Source: Macrostomum lignano
Taxonomy: Eukaryota
Assembly: GCA_002269645.1 (NCBI GenBank)
Contig: NIVC01003361.1
Location: 1-64,000, forward strand
Length of the DNA: 64,000 nt
Reading direction: 5' to 3'
The notes under the pieces were generated by a model that saw only the letters and a program-made list of their open reading frames with translations, was not told where the DNA came from and did no database searches. The translations under genes and the position numbers were made by a program. Within the stretch, counting starts at the first letter, position 1. Each line of letters opens with the position of its first letter. This document shows, piece by piece, positions 1 to 11,888 of the stretch.

Positions 1-525
1 AAGGGCAGTGCCGATAGAATTTAGTCGGTACTCCGTTGAACGGTCGATTCGGCAGGGCTCTCGTTTGAGAGTAGGTTCTGGTTTAGGCCAGGGGTTAGGA
101 GTCTTTCTCCGTGGTCCTGTGTTCGGTGCCTCCTTCTTCTTCTTCAAAGCTGAGATCCGCTTGTCAGTGCGTAATACAATCATTATTATTAATCGTTATA
201 TTCGTTATCATCAGTCTAATTATCTGCGCCGCGAATTGCTTGAATCCTGTAACTTGAGTAATCAAATTAAATCGTCTAGCCAATTATCAGTTGTATCACA
301 TAGGATTATCACTCTCTAAATCTTTTGGTTTGTGTTCCTCGTGTTCTTTCTTTTCTTGTACTGTACCTGCGGCTATTGAGAAAGACTGGTAGGAAGGACT
401 CGCCGACCGGCGATAGGCGATTAGGATTAATAGCTTTAAAATCTCCAAACGCTCCAAGTAGGTTTGTCTAGGGCCTAAATAATTGCTCACCGTGCATGCT
501 ATTATCTAATTGCCTATTTATCACA
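1..525 (+). mobile_element. Solo LTR family A, copy 1 (3' part only; truncated by the window edge)
   Basis: Reverse complement of 5685-6210 and direct homolog of 21311-21826; ends ...TTTATCACA at 525, the same terminus as the other two copies. Confidence 0.8.
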
Positions 526-670
526 AACGCTACTCATAGTAAAGCCGGCAGATAATTTAGAGAGCTCATTCAGTTAGATACTACAACGTTGTTAATAAAA
601 TAACTAAAATATTTCATTGGAGTTGAAAACAAAACAGACAGTAAGTCTGGGGTCTGGGGGAAGGCAATTA

Positions 671-842
671 GGAGGGGTGGAGTGCGCGACTGAGGAAGCA
701 GACGAGATTTAAGAGCCAATCAGGAAGGCAGAGAGGAAGAGAGATAAGAATAACAAGACTAAACTGGACAGAGAGGGAAAGAAAACAGAGTAAACATGAC
801 ACAAGCCCAGATGAACTGAAGAAATGACTAAGAAGGTCGCGA
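671..842. repeat. Dispersed repeat, inverted relative to 31813-31986; possibly a LINE 3' remnant
   Basis: GGAGGGGTGGAGTGCGCGACT (671-691) is the reverse complement of 31966-31986, and similarity continues to about 842/31813. The family assignment is a guess. Confidence 0.65.
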
Positions 843-989
843 TACGATCAATATACATGTCATCTTTTAGCCTGGATTGCAAGGTCTTTAGTAGGGCACT
901 AGGCTGCACGAAACTGCATTGACAGTGATCTTGACCTCAGACCGCTGCGCCAGCCGTCTTCTGCTGCCTCTTGCAGACGACACTTCCAT

Positions 990-1082
990 GGAGTGTCCAA
1001 CTTCAGCTTCACGCTGATCGCAGTAGCTCGGAACCTGTGCGTCATTCATCGAGTCGTGTACTAGAGGTACTTCACGGACTGC
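990..1082 (+). pseudogene. 93-nt orphan fragment of the melatonin/Tre1-like GPCR (TM3-ICL2) with an in-frame stop
   Basis: Matches 18790-18882 with 5 substitutions; CAG>TAG at 1062-1064; flanks are unrelated to the GPCR genes. Confidence 0.9.
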
Positions 1083-3583
1083 GGAAATCAGATGCGCATG
1101 TTGTGTGACGCAAAGTTCGTGACAACCTCAAAAAACAAACCCTGGTCGAAACGGTATAATGAGGAGTAGCTAGAATCGGTTCTACTTTGTCTGATATTCG
1201 ATCACAAGACGAGCTTTCCTAATGGGAAGCAAATTTAGCTGCAGTAATGTAGCCATAAATGTAAATGATTATTTACAATTCTACTGGATTTTACGATTAG
1301 GTTCAAGAATAGCATTTCTTCTAATAAGGATTTGCATCCTTGCGTGACGTTTTTTCTCGATCTGCAATGAAGCGAAGCGTGTTTTATTGCGATAATTGTA
1401 TATAAAACATTGCCATTTTTCGTCAAAAAATATCCTCATTAGTGCTCACGGATTTTTTGCGCTTCCTGAGCAAGCAACGGTGCTGCAATTATCCACTAAT
1501 GGGAACACGTACTCTAATATTTTGCAAAAATCTTTGAGAGAGAAAATCGTCGAGAGCAAATAAAATGGATGTCAATTGAAAACAGCGTCGTACATGTAGT
1601 CTCGTAGTAGGGGGCGGGGCCGGGTCCCCCAGAGTAGCCTGGCCTCAATATGCGTGCATTTACCCTGCTTACAGTACTCGTATGTGACTATATTCATCGT
1701 TCACAAGTATATAAATTATCGATCAGCCCACTGTGAAGCTTTCATCTCAGCATCTCAGGCCTCTCACTTTAGTCATTACACCCAACATGTCGCCCCGCTT
1801 TGTGAAATACGACTGACTGACGGGTGCTTTGAAAGCTCTAAAACAGTGGAAAGAAATAGGAAATAGAATGAGAAAAAGGATATTTACTTATTGACTGTAA
1901 AAGTATCTGATATTTCCGAATCAGATTTTAATTACTTTCGACACCCTATTCTCTGTCTAAGATGCAGAGTAGCATTTAGAAATCATTATTTAAATTGTTA
2001 TTACTCTTTCTTTGATATCCATTGCTGCTCTAAAATCTGATCAGCTAATTGCCTCTTTCGAAGATGCAGGGTACGAGTATAGGGATGGAACAAATTTAGT
2101 CTATGGTAAGAATCTAGAATGGATGATCAGAGTAGAGTTTAAGTTCAGATGCACGAGAATGAAACACGCTGAGGGACTCGTTCTCGCATTGATAGACTGC
2201 GTCTCATTTTGATTCTTAATTTATTGATTCTTCACCCCTTTAAGGTCCCTTGTTGGTTAATTTATCCAATTATTCAATTTATAGTTGTTTTGGCTGGGCT
2301 AAATAAATTCGTCAACCAATTAAAAACGTTGCAGAATTTATCTGACCAAATAAATGGCCAAAAATGGCGAAGGAACACGGTACAACGTATCTTTATCCTT
2401 CCAAAGACTCCAGTTTCGCTATAATACAGCTTGCATATGCAATTGTTTCATAAACAAGAAGTCCTTAAGAGTCGACGCGCAACATCTCTCACCGTCTTTA
2501 TTCCGCACCTGGAGTATAAAGAACTTCAATAAAAAATTGAAGTCCGACTTTGAAATCTCGAGGAACACTTTAAATACCATTAGAGATGCTCGTCCACCTT
2601 CCGCGGGCCTTCTTCTTCTTCTTCTTCTTCTCGTATCCCGTATTCTCCGGGTACTTGGTCTTCCATATTCTGATCGATCTCCTCCTCCTCCGTAGTCATA
2701 TTGTGCCTGCTGTTGCTCATTGCTCTTGACGCTTGCATTCGGCTCCAGGAATAGACTCCGAAAATCTATGGTCAATTTCTACATGAAAATCACATGGAAA
2801 ATCCATAATTGCCTAGCAGAGAAAGAATATGGTGTAAAAATTATCGTCTCTCCTTTCTTTCTTGCGTCTAATCCTCGCTTTCCTCTCTAGCTCGTACTCT
2901 TCCTTCTTTCTTCCGGTTTTCTACCATAGACTACAGAATTTGACTCTATAGGTCAGTCAAATGAGGGAAAAATAAAGTATCACCCCCATGGATTCATTGA
3001 TTTGGCCTCAAGAGTGGCTGAGGACTGCATTTACTGGCCAAGGACAAAGTTGATCAAGTTGTCCTTGCCGTCGACCAAATCTATCGGGGTGATACCATAT
3101 ATTTTTTCAGTACTTATAGTCTATGGCCATGTTTTTCTTAACATCGCGCACGCTGGTTTGTATAGGAAACATATAGAGGCTCTTTTTGTTTGACTTAATT
3201 CTGATTTAGATCGTCGAAAGCGATAATAACAGGGAAGAATTAGTACAATGTACTTCTTTCTGGTACAAATTCCCTAAAATCAGACAATACGGTCGAAAAA
3301 CAACCCAATAGCGATTTGCTAATCTATTAAGATGCTCACAGAAAAACCGCATAGTGATTGGCCCAGCTCTGTAAGATAAAACCAGAGGCAAAAACTATCA
3401 CGGACTGAGGGACCCGCCGGATACAACTACTAGCTGTAGCTCAGATTTCCGAACGCATTGTCAAGAGCTGCTTCTTAAACAGCGAGCCTCTATAGATTCA
3501 GCAATTGGGTTGAGAGGTACTATTAGCCCTAACCTTTCCATGATATCTGAGAAAACATTTAATAATAATTACCAAGAGAAACT

Positions 3584-4588
3584 ATGCCGCATCAATTGGA
3601 TGAAAACAGCATCTGCAACTACAGCTTAACAAATGCGACAGACATCGAGCTAGATGATTCCGATTCTCTAGAGATGAAAATTGTCGACATCGTCTGTCTT
3701 ATCGCCGGAATGTGCGTCGGAGTTTGCGGAAACCTGCTCACGATCCTCTCCGTGACGCGATTCAAGCAGCTTAAGTCAGCCACGAACATCCTGGTTGTGA
3801 ACATCGGCATGGCCGACCTGCTCGTGTGCTCATACTCGATCCCGACTATCCTGGCGAACCGCATCGCCGAGAACAATGTCTTTCACGACGTCATTTGTCG
3901 CGTGAACGCGTACGCGCTGTTCTCGGCCGCCGGAGTGTCCAACTTCAGCTTCACGCTGATCGCAGTAGCTCGGAACCTGTGCGTCATGCACCGAGTCGCG
4001 TACCAGAGGCACTTCACGGACGGCAGGGTGATTGCATACTGCGTAAACTGCTGGGTGTTTTGGTTTCTCGTCAGCGGCTTTTTCTGGTGGCAGAAAGGAT
4101 TCGGATACATTCCCGAGGCGTTCATCTGCTTCTACTACGACAATGACTCGCCGTTTGCACTGAGCCTACTGCTCACCTTGCTCGGAGTCGCGGTTCCGTC
4201 ACTACTGGCCGCCAGTTGCTACATCAGCCTGTTCTACAAGCTGTTCCAGATTCGCAAGGAGGCTACGAGCTCAATTGGCAATACAGGCAATTCTTCTATG
4301 AGCAAGGAGTGGAAGGCTCTTGCTCCAGTGCTGACCGCTTTCATTGTGTTCAACTTGTGCTGGGGTCCCTACAGCATTCACGTGTACATTGATAAGTTCA
4401 TCGACCACGCAGGCAGAATTCCGCACAAGGTGATGACTTGGCTCGCTGTTTTCAACTCGACGCTGAACCCGATCATCTACGGCGTGCTGAACTCAAACTT
4501 TCGGCGCAGCTACGCGCGACTTATCAAAGCAGCGCTTGTCTGTTGCTCCTTAAAGCGGACAGCGTCCGTGGCACACATTGAGATCTGA
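3584..4588 (+). CDS. Intronless class A GPCR, melatonin-receptor/Tre1-Moody-like, paralog A (334 aa)
   Basis: Seven hydrophobic helices; GN (TM1), MADL (TM2), IAVARNLCVMH at the DRY position (compare melatonin receptor IAINRYCYICH), CWGP (TM6), NSTLNPIIYGVLNSNFRRSY (TM7/H8); N-terminal N-glycosylation sequons. No TM7 retinal-binding Lys. Confidence 0.9.
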   Translation: MPHQLDENSICNYSLTNATDIELDDSDSLEMKIVDIVCLIAGMCVGVCGNLLTILSVTRFKQLKSATNILVVNIGMADLLVCSYSIPTILANRIAENNVFHDVICRVNAYALFSAAGVSNFSFTLIAVARNLCVMHRVAYQRHFTDGRVIAYCVNCWVFWFLVSGFFWWQKGFGYIPEAFICFYYDNDSPFALSLLLTLLGVAVPSLLAASCYISLFYKLFQIRKEATSSIGNTGNSSMSKEWKALAPVLTAFIVFNLCWGPYSIHVYIDKFIDHAGRIPHKVMTWLAVFNSTLNPIIYGVLNSNFRRSYARLIKAALVCCSLKRTASVAHIEI

Positions 4589-5684
4589 GACCAACATGTA
4601 CTAGCAATGAAAATTTAGATCAGCGTGTGGACTGGCTCTTTACAGACAGACTTTATAGCTAAATACAATTTATTTGTGATAGCTTTGAAAGAAAGCTAAA
4701 TATTTTATGCTGTGTAATCATAGTTCGTAACTACATGTATGTGATCTCAGAATGCTCTCAGAAAAGGGGAAATTTTGCGGTTGGAAAACCTGTTGATAAT
4801 TGAGATTTTAACTAACGTTGATTTATCAGATAACTTGATTGGAATTGCCAGGTAAAGGTACAGTTACTCATTTTGTGTTGGAAACAGAATCTTAGGATTA
4901 CCGTTTTCAAATTACCTTTTAGTCTTTAGATTTGCGTTTGTCTCATGGAGTACTCAATTCTCAAAATATTATGGCACTAATCGCAGTGAACAAAGGGTTA
5001 TAATCAATATCTAAGTTCAGATGCGACATACAGGCATAAGGGGCGACTGACAAGGCATGGAATGTCAGCATGCCTGGTGAGGGAAAAAGTCGTTTATTTC
5101 ATCAGTACTTTTGTTTGCACTTTAGGGTCAGCAAAATGGATGGCGGTTTCAGGTTATTTGCATAGAGTTGATTTTTAGTAGGAACGTCCTTGATTACAAT
5201 TTATTATTATTAATAATTACTACTGACAGAATTTTATTTAAACATTTACAGCTCGCACCCTCGTATAGACCGGTTTCTGTGTAATAACTGAAATTATACC
5301 AAATCTGTACCATTGGCTTATTCATTAAATAAAAATTTAATGTTTTGAGTCCTTTCCTAAATAAAGCGCCTACGGCACTCATTCTCCACCAATGGATGTC
5401 CGGATTGGCGCCGCAATCGAGAGATTTCAACCTCAGAAGTCTAGTAGTCTGTTGCTCTTAGTTGCTCTACAGCAATCGCAAAAAAATTCTTAAACAAAAT
5501 TGTAAGCACATGTGGATGCAGGTGTTGAATTTCATTTAAACTCATTGGTTTTTGACAGCGCTTTTTAAAGTTGAAGGCCCCTTGAGGACGACTAGCCCTG
5601 AATTCACATTGTAGAAAGGGGTTCTAGATCGTTTCTTAGATTCTAAGTAACTAAAGTGTCGCTCGGACATTGCTATCAAAGTCG

Positions 5685-6878
5685 TGTGATAAATAAGGCA
5701 ATTAGATAATAGCATGCACGGTAAGCAATTATTTAGGCCCTAGACAAACCTACTTGGAGCGTTTGGAGATTTTAAAGCTATTAATTCTAATCGCCTATCG
5801 CCGGTCGGCGAGTCCTACCAGTCTTTCTCCAATAGCCGCAGGTACAGTACAAGAAAATAAAGAACACGAGGGAACACAAACCGGAAGATTTAGAGAGTGA
5901 TAATCCTACGTGATACAACTGACAATTGGCTAGACGATTTAATTCGGTTATTCAAGCTACAGGATTCAAGCAATTCGCGGCGCAGATAATTAGACTGATG
6001 ATAACGAATAATAACGATTAATAATAATGATTATATTACGCACTGACAAGCGGATCTCAGCTGAAGAAGAAGAAGGAGAAGGCACCGAACACAGGACCAC
6101 GGAGAAAGACTCCTAACCCCTGGCCTAAGCCAGAACCTACACTCAAACGAGAGCCCTGCCGAACCGACCGTTCAACGGAGTACCGACTAAGTTCTATCGG
6201 CACTGCCCTTCAGTGTAACACTGGGGCCCTCGGGGTCGAGGCCGCGTACTTGATCAGATCCGACAGTCTCTATCTAACCGCGCTTGATAGCGACGACTTC
6301 AGACAGGAATTTGCCGTAGACGTTACGCCACAAGACTAAAGCGGTTGGGCGGGAACAAAAATATGGACCGGGGGTGATGAATTCAGGCGCCTCAAAGCGC
6401 GAACCAAAGGGAAACAGCTAGGCCACCGGTCGGGAACTGGACAAGACAAAACCGGGGAAGAGAGGCGAGAAGAAGGCGAGATCCGATTGCCAAAACACAC
6501 TTTCATATATAGTCAGAGTCACAACCCCTCAAAACCCCCCTCAAGCCGGGTGGTGGTCGTCTGGCCGGCCGCCTGCTTAAGCCGAATTGCACTGTGCCCG
6601 CGGCGCCGGGTAGAATTGAACTTGCCGCGTGCCAGGGTCCAGGCCGGTTCTGATTGGCTGGCCGCGCAAAGCTGGGGTTCGCAGACGAACTCAACCCTCC
6701 GCTGAGTCACAGATGGCGTCTGATTTCTAGCCTGTTTACGCAAAATTGATTCTAACTAACAAGGAAAAAGTACACCAAAAACGTATGACTAAACTAAAGC
6801 AAAATAACAATTCAATAACAATAATGCAAAACCTAACTAATAGAATACAAGGCTATCGCAAAAGATGCTCACACTACA
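5685..6878 (-). mobile_element. Solo LTR family A, copy 2 (1194 bp) with 4-bp TSD GTCG
   Basis: TG...CA termini; GTCG at 5681-5684 and 6879-6882; same two boundaries as copy 3; CCAAT box (6650-6660) and TATA-like element (6504-6512) on minus. A 4-bp TSD is typical of Ty3/Gypsy. Confidence 0.85.
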
Positions 6879-8040
6879 GTCGAGTCAGTTGCTGATGCAC
6901 AGGCGGCCTTGGCAGCTCAACGGGACCTGGTCGACGTTGTTGCAGAGCTCTTCGCGCTGACAGGCAGAAGCAGCGGCAGCAGCAGACTGTCAAGCAATTA
7001 ATCAGCTCATTGCGAAACTTTTCACCAGCAAACAAGCCGATCCAGTTGAATGCGTGGTACAGGTAAAGCACGGTGTTCAGCACCCTCCAGCGGATATGCA
7101 AATCTGCTGGGGCTTCAGCAACCCCGGCAGCGGCAGCCGCAAGACCGGGGTCCAGCAGCAGGTTGATTGGCCAGGGCAGGATGCTCAGCACGAACAGGAG
7201 GTTCATCAGTAGCGGAGTTATTAGCAGACGCACCGCTTGGCGACTTCGACTGCTCAATGCGGTGGCGCAGTTGGCGCCAGCAGTGCAGCTCGCTGTCATC
7301 GGCAGTCGCTGCCTGAGCCTCCCCTGGTGCCGAACGAGCAGGGCAACGGTCGCGATTGATCCAGCAGCGAGCAGGAGCGCCGGTAGAGCCACACCGTAGG
7401 CCATCTCCATGACGGCCAGCGCCTTCTGCAGGCCGGGGCCACCACGCACCCCGCAGGTCGGCAGCGGGTCCGTCACCCAGACCCGCTGGGCGGCTAGCAG
7501 CGCTGGGGCCCAGGCAGCGGCGACCAGAACGCCGATCAGGAGGCCGCGACGGCAGCGGCGTCCGCCCAGCAGGCCGCCCAGTTTGGCGCGGGACCGCAGC
7601 GGAGCCGCTACGGCCAACAGGCTGTCCAGCGTCAGTGGCACCTGGAAGAAAGGCGTGCAGGAGTACAGGTAGTAGGAGAAGAACTCGTACAGGACACAGG
7701 AGGCTGGACCCCAGAAGCGTGGCGACGTGAACCACAACCAGGGCCGGTCGGTACCCGAGCGGAAGAAGCCGAAGTAGTGAGTAGCCGCCTTCAGAGACAG
7801 GATGACGCAGTTGTGCGCCGTGATGAGCAGCAGATAGTGCCGAGCCACGGGTGGGAAGATCTTTCGGATGGCGATGACGACAAAGGCGATGGCGTTAAGG
7901 CAGCTGGCGGGCAGGCAGAGCAGCGGGAACAGCCAGATGAAGACGCTCCACAAAAAAGTGGCCCAACCCGGATCCAGGAACCAGGGCTGAGTCTGGGTGC
8001 TCGCATTGGTCGTTGAGTTCGAAATCCGGTCGTAGTCCAT
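6874..8040 (-). CDS. Intronless rhodopsin-like GPCR, divergent peptide-receptor-like (388 aa)
   Basis: N-terminal NST/NAS sequons, seven hydrophobic segments, TM3 Cys and ECL2 Cys, helix-8-like EKFRNEL; DRY position reads LDSLLAV. The stop codon TAG lies inside the LTR terminus. Confidence 0.8.
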   Translation of the reverse strand: MDYDRISNSTTNASTQTQPWFLDPGWATFLWSVFIWLFPLLCLPASCLNAIAFVVIAIRKIFPPVARHYLLLITAHNCVILSLKAATHYFGFFRSGTDRPWLWFTSPRFWGPASCVLYEFFSYYLYSCTPFFQVPLTLDSLLAVAAPLRSRAKLGGLLGGRRCRRGLLIGVLVAAAWAPALLAAQRVWVTDPLPTCGVRGGPGLQKALAVMEMAYGVALPALLLAAGSIATVALLVRHQGRLRQRLPMTASCTAGANCATALSSRSRQAVRLLITPLLMNLLFVLSILPWPINLLLDPGLAAAAAGVAEAPADLHIRWRVLNTVLYLYHAFNWIGLFAGEKFRNELINCLTVCCCRCFCLSARRALQQRRPGPVELPRPPVHQQLTRL

Positions 8041-8409
8041 GTCCGATAACTGGGGTTACCACGAGCTTACTGAGATTTCTATCTGATCAATTATTTTCAA
8101 GTCAATTCATTTTATTGCCGATTTTTCCCACAAAGCCTGGTGAGATAATTGCCTATGCTCTGCGCTCCTGCTTACTCGCTGCATCTGTTTCAAGCTTGCC
8201 TCACTTTCTCATTGCGGCATTCAAGTATTTTTTTAAAATCCCAGACGCAATCAAAATAATTGAGTCTGTTTCGCGTCAGTTTTGCATCGACCCCTATGCC
8301 AACTGCATTGGCTTTTGTAAATTTCTAGATAAGAATGAAGCTCTCTGCGCAACCATGAGCCTCGTCAATTGATTTTTTAAATAAAGGGCTTCATTTGATC
8401 AGGAAGAAA

Positions 8410-10328
8410 GGAGCGAGAGTGATCAAAAAGAAGAGAAGAGAGTGATCAGGAGGATAGATGAGAGAGTGATCAGGAGGGAAGAGGAGAGAGTGATCAGGAG
8501 GGAAGGGAAGAGAGTGATCAGGAGGGAAGGGGAGATATTGTTCAGGAGGGAAGAGGAGAGAGTGATCAGGAGGGAAGGGAAGAGAGTGATCAGGAGGGAA
8601 GAGAGAGAGTGATCAGGAGGGAAGGGAAGAGAGTGATCAGGAGGGAAGAGAGAGAGTGATCAGGAGGGAAGGGGAGAGAGTGATCAGGAGGATAGATGAG
8701 AGAGTGATCAGGAGGGAAGGGGAGAGAGTGATCAGGAGGGAAGGGAAGAGAGTGATCAGGAGGGAAGAGAGAGAGTGATCAGGAGGGAAGAGAGAAAGTG
8801 ATCAGGAGGGAAGGGGAGAGAGTGATCAGGAGTGAAAGGGAGAGAGTGATCAGGAGGGAAGGGGAGAGAGGGATCAGGAGGAAAGGGGAGAGAGGGATCA
8901 GGAGGGAAGGGGAGAGAGTGATCAGGAGTGAAAGGGAGAGAGTGATCAGGAGGGAAGAGAGAGAGTGATCAGGAGTGAAAGGGAGAGAGTGATCAGGAGG
9001 GATGGGGAGAGAGTGATCAGGAGTGAAAGGGAGAGAGTGATCAGGAGGGAAGAGAGAGAGTGATCAGGAGGGAAGGGGAGAGAGTGATCAGGAGGGAAGG
9101 GGAGAGAGTGATCAGGAGGGAAGAGAGAGAGTGATCAGGAGTGAAGGGGAGAGAGTGATCAGGAGGGAAGGGGAGAGAGTGATCAGGAGGGAAGGGGAGA
9201 GAGTGATCAGGAGTGAAGGGGAGAGAGTGCTCAGGAGTGAAAGGGAGAGAGTGATCAGGAGGGAAGGGGAGAGAGTGATCAGGAGGGAAGGGGAGAGAGT
9301 GATCAGGAGGGAAGGGGAGAGAGTGATCAGGAGGGAAGGGGAGAGAGGGATCAGGAGGGAAGGGGAGAGAGTGATCAGGAGGGAAGGGGAGAGAGTGATC
9401 AGGAGGGAAGGGGAGAGAGTGATCAGGAGGATAGATGAGAGAGTGATCAGGAGGGAAGGGGAGAGAGTGATCAGGAGGGAAGGGAAGAGAGTGATCAGGA
9501 GGATAGATGAGAGAGTGATCAGGAGGGAAGAGAGAAAGTGATCAGGAGGGAAGGGGAGAGAGTGATCAGGAGTGAAAGGGAGAGAGTGATCAGGAGGGAA
9601 GGGGAGAGAGGGATCAGGAGGGAAGGGGAGAGAGGGATCAGGAGGGAAGGGGAGAGAGTGATCAGGAGTGAAAGGGAGAGAGTGATCAGGAGGGAAGAGA
9701 GAGAGTGATCAGGAGTGAAAGGGAGAGAGTGATCAGGAGGGAAGGGGAGAGAGTGATCAGGAGGGAAGGGGAGAGAGTGATCAGGAGTGAAGGGGAGAGA
9801 GTGATCAGGAGGGAAGAGAGAGAGTGATCAGGAGTGAAGGGGAGAGAGTGATCAGGAGGGAAGGGGAGAGAGTGATCAGGAGGGAAGGGGAGAGAGTGAT
9901 CAGGAGTGAAGGGGAGAGAGTGATCAGGAGTGAAAGGGAGAGAGTGATCAGGAGGGAAGGGGAGAGAGTGATCAGGAGGGAAGGGGAGAGAGTGATCAGG
10001 AGGGAAGGGGAGAGAGTGATCAGGAGGGAAGGGGAGAGAGGGATCAGGAGGGAAGGGGAGAGAGTGATCAGGAGGGAAGGGGAGAGAGTGATCAGGAGGG
10101 AAGGGGAGAGAGGGATCAGGAGGGAAGGGGAGAGAGTGATCAGGAGGGAAGAGGAGAGAGTGATCAGGAGGGAAGGAGAGAGAGTGATCAGGAGGCAATG
10201 GGAGAGATTAATCAGGAGTGAAGGGAAGAGAGTGATCAGGAGGGAAGGGAAGAGAGTGATCAGGAGGGAAGGGAAGAGAGTGATCAGGAGGGAAGAGGAG
10301 AGAGTGATCAGGAGGGAATGGGAGAGAT
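8410..10328. repeat. 24-nt purine-rich minisatellite (GAGAGAGTGATCAGGAGGGAAGGG)n, about 80 copies
   Basis: Direct tandem repetition; the RREGERVI-type ORFs are artefacts of it. Confidence 0.95.
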
Positions 10329-11888
10329 AGAATAGCTGCAGGGGCTCCAGGCCTCCAGATGCCACCCCCTGGCGACCGCGGACAGCTGGTGCTGCGATGT
10401 CGATCAGGGAAATCCGGTGGTGCTGGTGCATTGTCGATACAATAGGAGACAATACAATAAGGTGGATTGTCGCTCGCCTGCGGTAGCCCTTAAGTAGCGG
10501 ACGAGCTGGCAGAGATTCTCGAGTCAGAATACGGGTTTGGGCAGAAATGGATGAGCCAGTCCTGGTACTGGGTAATTAAAGACAGAGCAGTACTGATGAA
10601 GCGCTCTGTATTCTCGACACCGGAGAGGCAGAATGGGGAGTTTTCACTGCGGATTTGACACCCGATGCCTCCTCGGTTAAGTCTCGCACTGGTTTAATCT
10701 GAGTGAGAATTGGAAGGCGAGAAAAAAAGTAAAGTCAGTCTATTTTATGTTTTGAAACATTATTCTCGAGATTCAATTTAGACTACTGATGAAAGTAGAC
10801 GAATAAAGAGTTGAATCGTAAAACCTCTCGCATGGCCCAAAAAATTCCGTCTTTAAAAGAAAAGGCAAAATAAAAAAACTTCTGTGCACTCTGAAAGTGA
10901 TAGGAGAAGGACGATGCGTGTTTATGGCTGGGTGAAGAAGGCAAATAAGTCAGAAACAGGTATCTGACTGTTTTCAGTGGATGGTGTACTTTTAGGTATA
11001 GATGCTGTCACTGATTATCCGGCGCAATGCTAATCCAAGTCAGCCTCATGAAAATTTCTTTCATGAACTACGAGTATTATATCAATCACGTGTTCAACTA
11101 GCATCTTGCAAGTTATATAAAAACAATTCTTTTATATTTTTCCTCATTATCAGTTTTTTAAAATTGAAAAAGGAAAGCTCAAAACAGAGGGATAACAAAG
11201 TGCTGGGGCACTACGCTGCATTTCAAGTGCACTCCAGACAGTGATTTTCCATCAGGTTCGTGACGAATAAGCAAAACCTGACTTTTAAACCAATGCATTC
11301 GCTGTGTTATCCTGCCAGGATACTGACTTTGCTTCGAGAGGCTTTTTGTTGAAAATGCAGCACCGGAAAGCGTGTGTGTCCGGTACAGAATTCCCCAGAA
11401 AAATCTGGGACGGTGAAGCCTGAGGTCCTGAAGCTCATTTTCCGTAAATCCTAAGCCTGAATAGCTCTCAGCTCTGCTATTGGCTCGGCAAACTGCTATA
11501 ATATTCCTACTCACTCAACCTCGGATCTCTGCTACCCCAACTAAAATAGGCTGAGTCTTTATACATGCAATACCAGGTTAAAGTTTAATTTACCAGTTCG
11601 AGCTCACTGAATGGTACGTAAGCGTCAATTGTGTTTTATTGGCAGTTGCACGTTACACAAATAATGCTTGCAGAAAATTTGAAACTCGATGCTATTCTGC
11701 GATCGCGCTCCTCGTAAATACTGGTTTTTTGTTAAAGACCTAATGTCCTAAATAATTACTTGAGTTTTATAGGAACAGATTTTGAAAGCAGCATCATCAA
11801 ACCATCGAACTTGGCTTAATTCTGGTATTAAATTTTATCGAATAGCTATGCCTTCCTCAAAATCATTTAGGCAAACAGCAGCTAAAGC

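Noticed and set aside
6221-6240. Apparent primer-binding site TGGGGCCCTC after TGTAACA, suggesting a 536-bp LTR plus internal region
   Set aside because: The TSDs (GTCG, TTGT) and shared boundaries define a single unit of about 1.2 kb, and promoter motifs point the opposite way.
10500-10700. Possible LINE C-terminal zinc-knuckle remnant on minus (SPFCLSGVENTERF)
   Set aside because: Only a partial, degenerate motif with stops nearby.
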